Source: Octopus vulgaris
Taxonomy: Eukaryota
DNA: 64,000 bases
Direction of reading: 5' to 3'
Assembly: GCA_951406725.2 (NCBI GenBank)
Contig: OX597819.1
Location: 35,464,001-35,528,000, forward strand
Shown piece by piece: positions 52,548-64,000 of this stretch (its first letter is position 1; every line of letters begins with the position of its first letter). A program made the position numbers and the translations under genes. The notes beneath the pieces were generated by a model that made no database searches, was not told the origin of the DNA, and was given only the letters and a program-made list of their open reading frames with translations.

Positions 52548-52805
52548 CTTTCTTACATATATTATATACCAGATATATAATATATTGCATACAAGACATA
52601 TACTAGACTTAGTAAATATAATATACTAGATACAGTGTCTACTGGGTTATAGTCTGTATTATGTACCATGTATGATGCTTTTCCTAATTGTTATAGGTAA
52701 CTATGACTATGTAGTCACGAGCACACATAGACACTCTTGGTCCTTTCACCTCTTACCTAGTGGAACATTCAACATGCAACAGTTGGGTGGGGGGAGAGGT
52801 AGTAA

Positions 52806-53033
52806 TGAGCTGGCAGAAACGTTAGCACGCTGGGCGAAATGCTTAGCAGTATTTCGTCTGCTGCTATGTTCTGAGTTCAAATTCCACCGAGGTCAACTTT
52901 GCCTTTCATCCTTTTGGGGTCAATAAATTAAGTACCAGTTACGCACTGGGGTCGATATAATCGATTTAATCCATGTGTCTGTCCTTGTTTGTCCCCTCTG
53001 TGTTTAGCCCCTTGTGGGTAGTAAAGAAATAGG
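52806..53033 (+). mobile_element. SINE family B
   Basis: GAGCTGGCAGAAACGTTAGCACG...GTAAAGAAATAGG. Confidence 0.92.
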
Positions 53034-53259
53034 TAATGTGCCAGTATCTCTAACTGGTACTCGTTTCAGCTGAGTAACTGGGAGCAATGTAAAACGAAGT
53101 ACCATGCTCAAGGATGCAACATGCCATCTGGTCCAGAAAATAAACACAGAACCTTACGAGCATGAGGTTGTGAGCTCTATGCAGTGACCGTTACTTCACC
53201 TGTTTTCACACAATCGTATTAAGGGACAACTGGTTTTTTACTGACTTTACCCTTTGATG

Positions 53260-53309
<50 letters not shown>

Positions 53310-53741
53310 ATATATAAATTTATTTAAATGGATGACTGACTAAATAAGTTATTCCCAGCACATCAGTAACAAAAAAATACCGTCAATGGAAAGTTTCTAT
53401 TGCTGACATTTCAGTGTGTGTGCGTGTGTGTGTGTGTGTGTGTACGTGTACTTTTTTGTCCCATTTCACCTGGCTGATGTAAAGCTGACAGTTCATCTGG
53501 GAAAATCCTATTCAAGTGAAGATTTGACTCATTTGCATAAATTTTTCAGTAATGACATTGTGTTTATAAACATTTTATTTGTTTTTGTGGGTTTGGTATT
53601 TGAATCTCATTAATTATATCTCTTCCTATCTTTTTTCTCTTCTGTGTCTCACATATTCTCTCTCCCCCTCCCTTCCCCCACCTCCCCCTCCCTTCCCCCA
53701 CCTCCCCTCTCTCTCTCTCCACACATGTTTATGAATATATA

Positions 53742-53794
<53 letters not shown>

Positions 53795-53867
53795 ATACAT
53801 AATACGATGTCTATCTATCTGTGAATAAATAAATAAAAGCGAAAATGAGCAAAGAGAAATAACTTAA

Positions 53868-54086
53868 CCCTTTAGTGTTCAGATTATTGAATCAAACATA
53901 ATGACTATTGATTCCCATTGATTTGAATTAATCATGCATTATCTCATATCTTCAAGATCTTGATGGTGTAATTACTTAATGTAGAATAACATTGTAGGGT
54001 AGGTGTGAGGGCCTGGATCTGGTCAGTTTGAACATAAAACAGATTAACTATTTTGGCCGGATATGGCCGGTTTAAATACTAAAGGG
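53868..54086. mobile_element. piggyBac-like MITE family P1
   Basis: TTAA|CCCTTTAGT...ACTAAAGGG|TTAA. Confidence 0.9.
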
Positions 54087-55706
54087 TTAAAGTGGCCAGT
54101 GGCATATATTTGAGAAATATAGACAATACCATACTATATACGTTCTTGATTTATTAAAATTATCTCCACACCTAGTGGATGTATCATAATTATCAAATGG
54201 CAATTATGACCAGCTTCACTTCAAGAGGGGAGATAATCTCAAGAATCAAGAATTCTCCAAAGTTGACATGCCAGTGTGGAAAAGGACAGGCTTATAACCT
54301 GGAGATAAGAGGACAGTTGTGGACATATGTTTGTGGCTCAATAGCCCTTATCAGCATGACAATTGCCTGGCCTTATCTCCAGGAAAGAGACTTAGACTTA
54401 TACAAAAAATGAAAAGAGTAAACTTTTTGCCATACATATATTTATGTATAAGAAAACTAATTTAAGATATAAAAAAAAAATGTCAAGTTTTAAATGCTAA
54501 TATCTTTCCTTCTTCATGTTGTCATTAATACTGATGCCTTCATCATATTCTTCGTTGTTTTAACATGTTTTTCCATTGTGGTGTGAGTTGAAAAGTATAT
54601 ACTACTCTGGTCCCCATTCTTCTGAATCTTTTGTCACCACATCTGGCAAATGAAATATCTTCAGCCCTGACTTCACCTTTTTGTGACCATTATTACGCAA
54701 TATACCAGACAGTGAATATCGATTACTTTTTAAAATAAACAATATTTTTCCATTGTCAAGCCAGTGTTTCGAACATAATTTAATAAAAGGTTCTTACATA
54801 GAATTACGATAGGTTTAAATTTAAATACGTAATTCAATAAAATAAGTTTTGTGTCATAGAACCAAATGAAGTCTGTCTTCAACATAAGCACCCACCACCA
54901 CCACTACCATTACTGAGTCTGCATTGCTCCTTCACATTTCATGTCCAAACCAATGCAGTTGTCTTTTCTGCAAACATCTGCCTCTGATCCTCAGCTGTAG
55001 ACACAGGCTGGAATAATAATACTAATTTTTTTTACTATCATTTTTTTAAAACTTACAAAGTGCTTTTCAATACACACACACACATGCACACACACACACG
55101 CATACACACAGTTACACAGTTGTAGTTATGTCATTGCTGAGTCAACATACATGTCAATGGGTTGGCATTAACTTCTCCCCCTCCCCCCATAGACACACAC
55201 ACACACACACACACAGCTTGTCAGTTTTGATAGAAAGTTATCATAATAAATCTACTCCTTGTTTTACCAAAACAATCATCTGACAGAAATCAAGTTCTAG
55301 TTTATCAAATGGACAACACTTGTTTCTTTTCCATTTTTAATTAGTTTCAGCAAATGTTATTTTTAACAAACAGAATTTACTTTTCGAAGCTTGTTATGAC
55401 TGATGGCTTCAATTTGTTTTTTAAAGTTTATGTTTCACAGGTTATTATTTTCTCAAGTATCATTGTTGTCACCAATAACTATACATGTGTGTTTTCAACT
55501 CTTGGAACATCATGTTTGGCCTGCATTTGGTTTTTACTACTGCTTTTGAGAAATGGCAAGTGGGAGGGAAACCTGCTGTACAGGCAGCATCTCCCTTACA
55601 TTGCTTGGCATGGACCTTGTGCCCTAGAAAGAGCAGTTACATTTGGTGTGACACTGTTGACTTTTCAGTCAAGGACAAATTTCTGTGTGGGGTGTATGTG
55701 CATTAA

Positions 55707-56362
55707 CCCTTTAGCATTTAGATAACTCTGCCAAATGTAATGATCTTTTACTCTTTTACTCTTTTATTTGTTTCAGTCATTTGACTGTGGCCATACTGGA
55801 GCAGTGCCTTTAGTCGAACAAATCGACTCCAGGACTTATTCTTTGCAAGCCAAGTGCTTATTCTGTCGGACTCTTTTGCAGAACTGCTAAGTTACGGGTA
55901 CATAAACACACCAGCATCAGTTGTCAAGCAAAGGTGGGGGAACAAACACACACAAACACATTCACATACATTCATTCATTCATGCATGCATGCATGCATA
56001 CATACATACATACATACATACATACATCTTTCAGTTTCTGTCTACCAAATACACCCACAAGGCTTTGGTAAGTCTGAGGCTATAGTAGAAGACACTTGCC
56101 CTAGATACCATGCAGTGGGACTGTACCCCGAACCATGTGATTCGTAAGCAAGCTAGTTACCACACAGCTGCTCCTGCACCTATTTATTCACATTGTTTTG
56201 AATTAATCAGGTATTATCTTGTAGTTTCAAGATTTTGATGATGAGACTGCTTCTCTTTACAATGACATTGTAGGCCAGATGTGTGGGACCCAATCTGACC
56301 AGTTTTAACATAAAACAGGTGGAATATTTGGGTCATATATGGCTGGTTTAAATGCTAAAGGG
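55707..56362. mobile_element. piggyBac-like MITE P1 interrupted by a family A SINE (55745-56180, minus strand)
   Basis: TTAA|CCCTTTAGCATTTA...TAAATGCTAAAGGG|TTAA; the MITE body resumes at TATTTATTCACATTG after the SINE. Confidence 0.88.
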
Positions 56363-56434
56363 TTAAGAGAAAATGACTTTTCAGTGGCTATAGGAGGAGT
56401 TTATTTATTTATTTATTTGAAACTGAACCTTCAG

Positions 56435-56631
56435 TTTGTTGCGACTCTGGATTTTTCATATAACATTTTTTATGAACACCACAACATTTATTACTATACT
56501 AATATCATACACACACACGAAAGTATAAGTAAGCGTAGATCGATTTCAACAGATCTTATATTTGTTGCAACTCCGGGTTTTCTATATGACATTTTTTATG
56601 AACACCACAGCATTCTTTTACTATAGTAATA

Positions 56632-56717
<86 letters not shown>

Positions 56718-56758
56718 TAAAATATTCATTAGTGTAGATCCATTTCAGCTGATCTTAA
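56435..56758. repeat. Diverged 126-bp tandem duplication with (CA)n expanded in the second copy
   Basis: TTTGTTGCRACTCYGG...ACATTTTTTATGAACACCACA...GTAGATC.ATTTCA.C.GATCTTA at 56435 and 56561. Confidence 0.85.
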
Positions 56759-57221
56759 TGATTAGTTTTGCATTGGATATTAGCTAACAGCATCACAAGT
56801 AAACTGTGCTGCTATCTTTTATCTGGTTATTGAATATCCAGTGCGAAACTCAGTTGTGAAATTGGCTGAAATGGATCTATAATGTTGTATGACTTAGATG
56901 TACCCAGTCCAACAAATATATGAGTGCATATTGTTTCTAACTTATGGATTCTTAGACTACTATTTCCAGTGCTGAGGTATCTACCATTGATAAGGCCAAA
57001 TGAGGCTGAAATCACATGATCTGGTAGTCCTGGCAGTGAAGTAGTGGTGATTGTCTGTCACTGGTGAAAGCTATGATGTGCTTTTAAGCTCCAAAAACCC
57101 ATATGAGGGCTTTGTCTTGGTAAATACTGCATTATTTGTGGTTTCTTACTCAACATCCCCTTACAGTGTTGAATATTTTACCTTTTGGTATTAATATTGC
57201 TTCTGTCACTCTCTTTATATA

Positions 57222-57262
<41 letters not shown>

Positions 57263-57264
<2 letters not shown>

Positions 57265-57568
57265 AGGCGCAATGGCCCAGTGGTTAGGGCAGCAGACTGG
57301 CGGTCGTAGGATCGTGGTTTCGATTCCCAGGCCGAGCGTTATGAGTGTTTATTGAGTGAAAACACCTAAAAGCTCCACGAGGCTCCGGCAGGAGGTGGTG
57401 GCGATCCCTGCTGTACTCTTTTGCCACAACTTTCTCTCACTCTTTCTTCTGTTGACCTGCTCGCTTAGCCAGCGGGGTGGTGTCATATGAAGGCTAAAAC
57501 AATGCGAAGCGTATTGTGACCAGCGATGTGTAGCAACACCTGATAGCCTGGTCGGTCATGTGATCACA

Positions 57569-57570
<2 letters not shown>
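57263..57570 (+). mobile_element. tRNA-derived SINE family E inside (TA)n
   Basis: GGCGCAATGGCCCAGTGGTTAGG (A-box), GGTTTCGATTCCC (B-box), tail GTCATGTGATCACATGA; (TA)n on both sides. Confidence 0.85.
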
Positions 57571-57609
<39 letters not shown>

Positions 57610-57774
57610 TCATAAGAAAAAAATATCACATAATAACAAAGTAAAAAAAATATAAACCTTGAGCAGTTCTCTCACTTTAGGAGAAATTTGTCCCTCCCTT
57701 CTATTTCTGAGCAAAGTTTCTTTCTGAAAGCAACAGTAGGTGGCAGCACCAGTCAAATTTCACATGTGTGTGTG

Positions 57775-57817
<43 letters not shown>

Positions 57818-58597
57818 TTGCCATCATCATTTAATGTCTGTTTTCTATGCTGGCATGGGTTGGATGGTTTGGCTGGGTCCTGCATGTTGTAAGGCTGCAT
57901 CAACCTTCAGTGTCAATGTTGACATGGATTCTGTGGCTAGACGTCCTTCCTAATGTCGACCACTTCACTGAGTGTACTGAGTGCTTTGTTTTTGTACCAC
58001 CTGCACCACTGAGGTTGCCAAGTATCTTCCAAGACGAAAGGAAGGAACAAGAAGAAGAAAGAAAAATAAGGTGAAGAAGAAAAGAAAGAGAATGCCTTCT
58101 TGACTATATGAGGAGGGGGGAAATGTATATGAGAAGGGGAGGAGTGATGGCTTTATGCCAGGTGTTGAGAGGCAAGAGTGTGATGGAAAAACAAACTTAG
58201 ATGGCTTGTAATAGAGATGCAGGGCTGAGTAAGTGGAGAGCTGGAAAGAAGACAGAAGCAGTGGTGAGATGCTGGAGCATCTCAAGATACAGTGGATGGT
58301 GTGTTGGGGTGGTGGGATATGTGGTAGAGATGCATGTAGTGAGTGGGGGTGAAAGGTATAGGATTGATTGGTCAAGGGCATTGCAGTAAGTGGGGTGTAA
58401 AGGTAAATGTGTGAGGGCATTAAGAGTGTTGGTGATTACAGCAGCTGGGTTGATTGAGAAGTAACGGGTGTTAGGGATGAGATGTGGGAGAAATGTTTGA
58501 CAGGGTCTCACGCATGCCAACATAACTATTACTAAGTATACTAGCACACATACTAGCATAAAGGTGGTGTGTAGGATCTTAAGTATATATAGATATA

Positions 58598-58830
58598 AGG
58601 CGGTGAGCTGGCAGAAACTTTAGCACGCCGAGCGAAATGCGTAGCCGTATTTTGTCTGCCGTTATGTTCTGAGTTCAAATTCCGCCGAGGTCGACTTTGC
58701 CTTTCATCCTTTCGGGGTCGATTAAATAAGTACCAGTTACGCACTGGGGTCAATGTAATCGACTTAATCGCTTTGTCTGTCCTTGTTTGTCCCCTCTGTG
58801 TTTAGCCCCTTGTGGGTAGTAAAGAAATAG
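58598..58830 (+). mobile_element. Full-length SINE family B
   Basis: 15-bp TSD GTATATATAGATATA (58583-58597, 58831-58845). Confidence 0.95.
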
Positions 58831-59257
58831 GTATATATAGATATATGCACACACATAAATGTGTGCACACAGACACACACGTGCACACACACACACACGT
58901 GCACACACACACATGCACACAGGTGCAGGTATGGTTATGTGGTTGAGTAACTTACCTCCCAACCATGTGTTCTTGTACTGAGTCATGGCCATCCTATCTT
59001 TTATCCACACATGCCCAGAACTACTTTATCCAAAGTTTTCTCCCCTTTCTTTTTTTTTTTCCTTCTAATATTGAGGGTAGTTTAGCTGCTATTTTCCTAG
59101 CTGGTTGCATAAACCGCACAGAATATCTCCTCTGTCTAACATGTTCTGTCTTGTTGAGTCCATTTTATATGATGTATAAGAGATTAATTTTTAAACTGAG
59201 TGGGTCTTGGCAATATATGTGACATGAACTTAATTAAAGTTTAAAAAGTTTAAAAAG

Positions 59258-59293
<36 letters not shown>

Positions 59294-59815
59294 TGCAAGT
59301 TTGTCCAACCTAACAACATATTTTGAAAAAAACTGAGGTGCAACAATTCTATACTTTGGCTTTCTACTCATTTCCTTTGTAATTAGATCACCCTTAAAGA
59401 AGGTAAATTTTCATAAAAGGATTATAAAAAGTGTTCAAAGGAAGATGTTAGCATTAACCTGTTATAGCCAGGAATTTGGCACTAAAGTAAATATATTTTT
59501 GCATGATGGTATTTAGTTGATTGAATAACCCCTAGCATATGACTGGTACGGTTCTATTGACTTTGAATGTTAAGAAACTAAATATTGGTTTCAAATTTTG
59601 GCACAAGGTCAGCAATTTTGGGGGAGAGGTAAGTCAGTTACATCAACTCCAGTGTTCAACTGCTATTTATTTTATTGATTCCGAAAATATCAAAAGTAAA
59701 GTCAACCACAGCAGAATTTGGATGAAATACTACTCAGCATTTTGCCTGGCATGCTAATGAATCTGCCAACTTTCTGCTTTCATATAATAATAATAATAAT
59801 AATAGCAGTAGCAGC

Positions 59816-59849
<34 letters not shown>

Positions 59850-60087
59850 ATAATAATAATAATAATAATAATAATTTCTAATTTTGGTAAAGACCAGCAC
59901 TTTTTGAGAGTTGGGGGAAGTTGATTACTTTGACTTCAGTTTTCAACTGGTACTTATTTTATCAACCCTGAATAGATGAAATGCGAAGTTGATCTTCGGT
60001 GGAATTTGAACTCAAAGCATAAAACCAGATGAAATGCCGTTAAGCAGCTTGATTCTGCCAGCTTGCCACTTTGATAAAAATAATAAT

Positions 60088-60330
60088 AACAAGAGCACTC
60101 AGAGAGTGCAAACCTCCACCAAGGCAACACCAACATCCTCTCAATGATTAGCCAGAGATGATTTTTAAAATGAGAATATCTGAAATAAACTCAACTGCTC
60201 TCACAAACGAGAATACTAAAAATGAATTTGAATGCTCTCAAAAATTAAGTAAAAGAACAAGAAAAATAACCTAGAATTCTTGTCTGGTACTGGATCCATC
60301 CCATCAGTTTGTGCCAGTCACGAGGCCAAA
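60088..60330 (-). mobile_element. Helentron-associated (HINE/DINE-1-like) element 3' end
   Basis: Minus strand ends GCCTTGGTGGAGGTTT-GCACTC TCT GAGTGC-TCTTGTT: subterminal motif, short hairpin and T-rich end. Far boundary uncertain. Confidence 0.55.
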
Positions 60331-61044
60331 CTGTGCTCTAAATGAAGGTGTAGTTAAATCCTATTTTATGGACTCAACCATGTTCTAAAATAAGTCGAAA
60401 GGTAAGCTACTATAAATCGGCACAAGCTTTCCAGATGACCCAATAATAATCAGTCATGCTGGTGAATTTATCATTGGTCTTTATGATATACATTCAGTTG
60501 GTTGGACACCTGTATCCCTATCTGTGAAATTAACATATAAAATCGCTGAGTAAGTTGTGTGTTTCATGGATACATGTAACCTCAATGTAATTATTTAGTC
60601 AAATTAGTGTAGTATAACGGGACAAAGTTGGAGCTTTGAATTATATATACAATTTTATATATATAGATAGAGAGAGAGAGAGTTTAAGATTGTACTAGAC
60701 TAGCTGTTTAGTTTATTATCCTCCCTATATAATGTTAGTGGGGAGTGGCTACAATGATGGTTTGTGAATGATCAAACTTAGACCAAGAAAGTGACTTGTT
60801 TGTGATCCATTTATTATGCTATATACTATGTATTAAAAAAATGACTGTTGGATCAAATAATGTAGCTGTAAATATACAATTTGATTTAAAGGGTCTTTCA
60901 GCATCTATATTAGCTAGTCCATGGTCAGTTTATATGAATGTTACACAACCAAGGTCAGTTGAGCTCCTCTTCACTTCTGCCTCCTAACTATTGTCTTGAC
61001 CCTCCTCCTCCTCATGTCATTCATTATTTCTTTGTCCCACCCAG

Positions 61045-61131
61045 ACACCATCAACTGCCATGGCTCAGGCCCTCCAAAATAGCCCATCAGCTCTCCTGCT
61101 ATACATGCTGCTAGTTGCCTGGACCCCTGAG
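61045..61131 (+). CDS. Candidate 87-nt exon (TPSTAMAQALQNSPSALLLYMLLVAWTPE)
   Basis: TTTCTTTGTCCCACCCAG acceptor, GCCATGG Kozak-like ATG at 61060, weaker GAG|GTATTT donor; hydrophobic stretch. Confidence 0.3.
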
Positions 61132-61326
61132 GTATTTGAATTATAGAGATGGTTGGGCACTTTAACAGCATTACTGTTATATTATACCATTTTGAGGACA
61201 ATGGACATTCTCATATTTCGATAATGACATTTTACTATAATACATATATATATAGTATAGAGGATATCAAAAATATACAAAAGTAAAATTGTAACACAAT
61301 AAAAATTTAATATAATATTTAAGTTT

Positions 61327-61720
61327 GGATCTTTTCGGTTTGAACAGCAATTTTTAACATAATATCTAGGTAACTAAAAAATGTTAAACTTCGTATACTG
61401 GTAGAATGTGTTTATAAAACATCTTTTTCTCTTGGCTTTATTGAGAAAATTCTATAGTTTGTAAGATAGTTGTTGTTTTTTTTCTTCAATTTCTGCAATT
61501 TCAACCAATCAAATACGTCTATTGAGGTAAAAAACATTCTGTGCCGTATGAATATGTCCCTCGTTTAAGAAACAGATTGGGTTTATTTACATTTGTGAAT
61601 AAAAAAAGATACCCTTCCCCCCACCTCTAACCCAGATTGAAATGCAATAGGGTCATAATTATGGGTGACAATTTCATATGACACCGCTAGAAAAAACTGC
61701 TGTTCAAACCGAAAAGATCC
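61327..61720. mobile_element. Second copy of the Merlin-like MITE
   Basis: GGATCTTTTCGGTTTGAACAGCA...TGCTGTTCAAACCGAAAAGATCC; flanks TTAAGTTT / TTAAGTTC; CCCTAA array mostly absent. Confidence 0.88.
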
Positions 61721-62699
61721 TTAAGTTCTATTAAGATTTCTGAACTACCCTGTGTATCATAAGGGGACATAACTCACTTTTTTGAGAACTGTAATTGTTG
61801 TTTTATTTCTTTACTGAGCTTGAACCAAAACACTCTTTTGGGTTACTGTCGAGTGGAGATGGACTTTCATTTTGCAAGCTGAGTTCAGGTCCTAGTTTTG
61901 ACACTCGGTTGTTTTGATTTCATTTCACTTACATTATTAAAACCTTATGGAATAAGATGACCAGTACACCATTCATTTGTTCTCTTAGAAATTTGGAGAT
62001 AGCAATGCAGAAACTATGTAAGCGTGTCTTCCTTGGAAGCTATCATGGCAAGGTAGTGGATAGGCAACTAAAGAAAGATAAAGAAAGAGCTTTTTAATAG
62101 ACTAAGAATAAAAAAAATGTAAAGCTTATTCAACCAGAGTAGAATATTATAAGTTAGATATTTAACTACCAAAAATAGAAAAATGTAAAGTTAATTCAGT
62201 CAAAGTAGAATATTAAAAGTAAGATATTTGACCACCAAAATATTTCGTGTGGCAGTGCAGTAAGGAGATTACTTCCCAACCATATGGTTCTGAGTTCAGT
62301 CCCACTGTGTGGTACCTTAGGCAAGTGTTTTCCACTATAGCTCTGGGCTGACCAAAACCTTGTGAGTGGATTTGGTAGACAGTGACCCGAAAGAAGCTTA
62401 TTGTATATATATGTGTGTGTGAGTGTGTGCATGTGTTTGCTTCTCATTGTCTTGAAAATTGTGTGTAGTTGTAAATGATTGCCACTGTCATACAGTGTCA
62501 TTCATTTGTACTATACTGCAAAAACATATTTGGTCATAGAAAAATATTACCTTGTTTGGAAACATAAGGGGTGGTGACAGGAAGAGCAGCCAGTCATAGA
62601 AAATCTGCCTCAGTAAACCCTGTCCAACCCATGCAAGCATGGAAAAGTGGATATTAGAATGTAAAAATCTAAGCTTAATTCTAAAATAGTTTGAGCTCC

Positions 62700-62733
<34 letters not shown>

Positions 62734-63887
62734 TTGTCTTTATGGCATTTATCTAACCCAGAATCTACAAAATATATTTTTTATTTGAAACCAGAATTAC
62801 ACAAAAGTGTCATTCTACTAGAAAAAAATTGCAAACTGTGCAGATGGCATCTTGGCCTATGATTTCTATAGCGTTCCTTAGCACTCAATAGGGCAACTGC
62901 AGGTTATATGAAGTGTAAACACTGAGCTTTTATCCTAATTTAATTTACTAGTTTGTATGTTCAATGATGAGATAAGTATGAGTTAGTTTCTTAATAATCT
63001 GCTCCATTAATAATTTGCAAATATAGAAATATTAGAAATTTGTTCTAAGATGGCATCATTCTGAAAATGAAATCTAAAAAAATATTACTAAGATATTTTT
63101 TTATTCTTTTCACCTAGTCTGTTATCATTTTTTAAAAAATTTTTGTTATCATATTTTTGTTGAAATACACTGTCTTTGTTACAATTAATTTTGAAAGTAA
63201 TGAAAAATTTAGGAAAATAGTCATTATTAAGCTGATGTTTGGAGCATAAATCATTATGAAATGTTGACGAAAGGTTTTAACTAAGATCACTTCAGAAAGG
63301 AAGTTTGAATCATAGAACCAGGGGCAGTCTACCAGAAGGGTTAAATATAAAGTTAACTGTATATTATTGATATAATTCTAATTAAAAGTATTATGCTCAT
63401 CACTTTAAGTACCTTAGTACAATAAAAGAAATATTGAACTAAGTGCCTTGGTACTGAGTTCAATATTTATTTTATTGTACTGATGAAAAATATATATTTT
63501 TTTTCCAATAAAAAATTTGTTTTTAATCCTTTGATTGTAAATTTCAAGTTGTATTCAAGTATTGATTTCTATTTAATAAGTATTGGATAATTGTGCATGT
63601 TTGCACTAATCAATAGTCAATCGTTGTTGGAGATGGCAGTTTTGAAAGCATGGTTTCATAACAAAAAAAAAAGTTGGTTTTAACTCATATTAATAGAACT
63701 TCTTTAATGATGCTTTTAGTTTTCTTATACATGTAGATGAGTTGCAGAGAAAGCTGGTTAATTGGCAAAATGTAAGAAAGCTGTTGAGTTTTAGTTAGCT
63801 AAAAGACCTCCAAACTGAATTGATGTGTAAAAAGTTTTTTTCTTTCAGTAGTCTCTTGTAGCAGAACTAAATTTATATTATTGATGT

Positions 63888-64000
63888 AAGGCGGTGAGCT
63901 GGCAGAAACGTTAGCACACCGGGCGAGATGCTTAGCGGTATTTCGTCAGTCGTTACGTTCTGAGTTCAAATTCCGCCGAGGTCGACTTTGCCTTTCATCC
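63888..64000 (+). mobile_element. SINE family B, cut by the window edge
   Basis: AAGGCGGTGAGCTGGCAGAAACGTTAGC...GCCTTTCATCC. Confidence 0.92.

Noticed and set aside
57263-57335. tRNA gene (also 24195-24267)
   Set aside because: A and B boxes are present, but the cloverleaf is imperfect and runs into a SINE body.
57965-58559. 151-aa and 120-aa minus-strand ORFs
   Set aside because: Compositionally biased pyrimidine-rich strand with no clear motif; probably a decayed repeat.

Overview
AT-rich, microsatellite- and transposon-dense eukaryotic DNA with no intact multi-exon gene. The repeat families look like those I recall from coleoid cephalopods, most likely Octopus; this is inference, not a database result. 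The T-rich + strand and isolated well-spliced short exon candidates (best: 42 nt at 36013-36054) suggest the interior of a large gene with very long introns. Most recognisable sequence is mobile DNA: about five SINE-like families (dozens of copies, several with clear target-site duplications, TSDs), truncated CR1-like and RTE LINEs, a Penelope-like GIY-YIG remnant, piggyBac-, hAT/Charlie-, Merlin-like and TA-target MITEs, and a Helentron-like terminus. Nearly all listed ORFs are artefacts of microsatellites or SINEs. The most notable signals are a near-canonical type I hammerhead ribozyme (minus strand, 7889-7962), a pair of decayed tandem hammerheads (~34835-34934), an RTE insertion with an inverted 5' UTR joined to its 3' end (twin-priming-like), and a ~375-bp foldback palindrome. 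I see no supportable novel multi-gene system.
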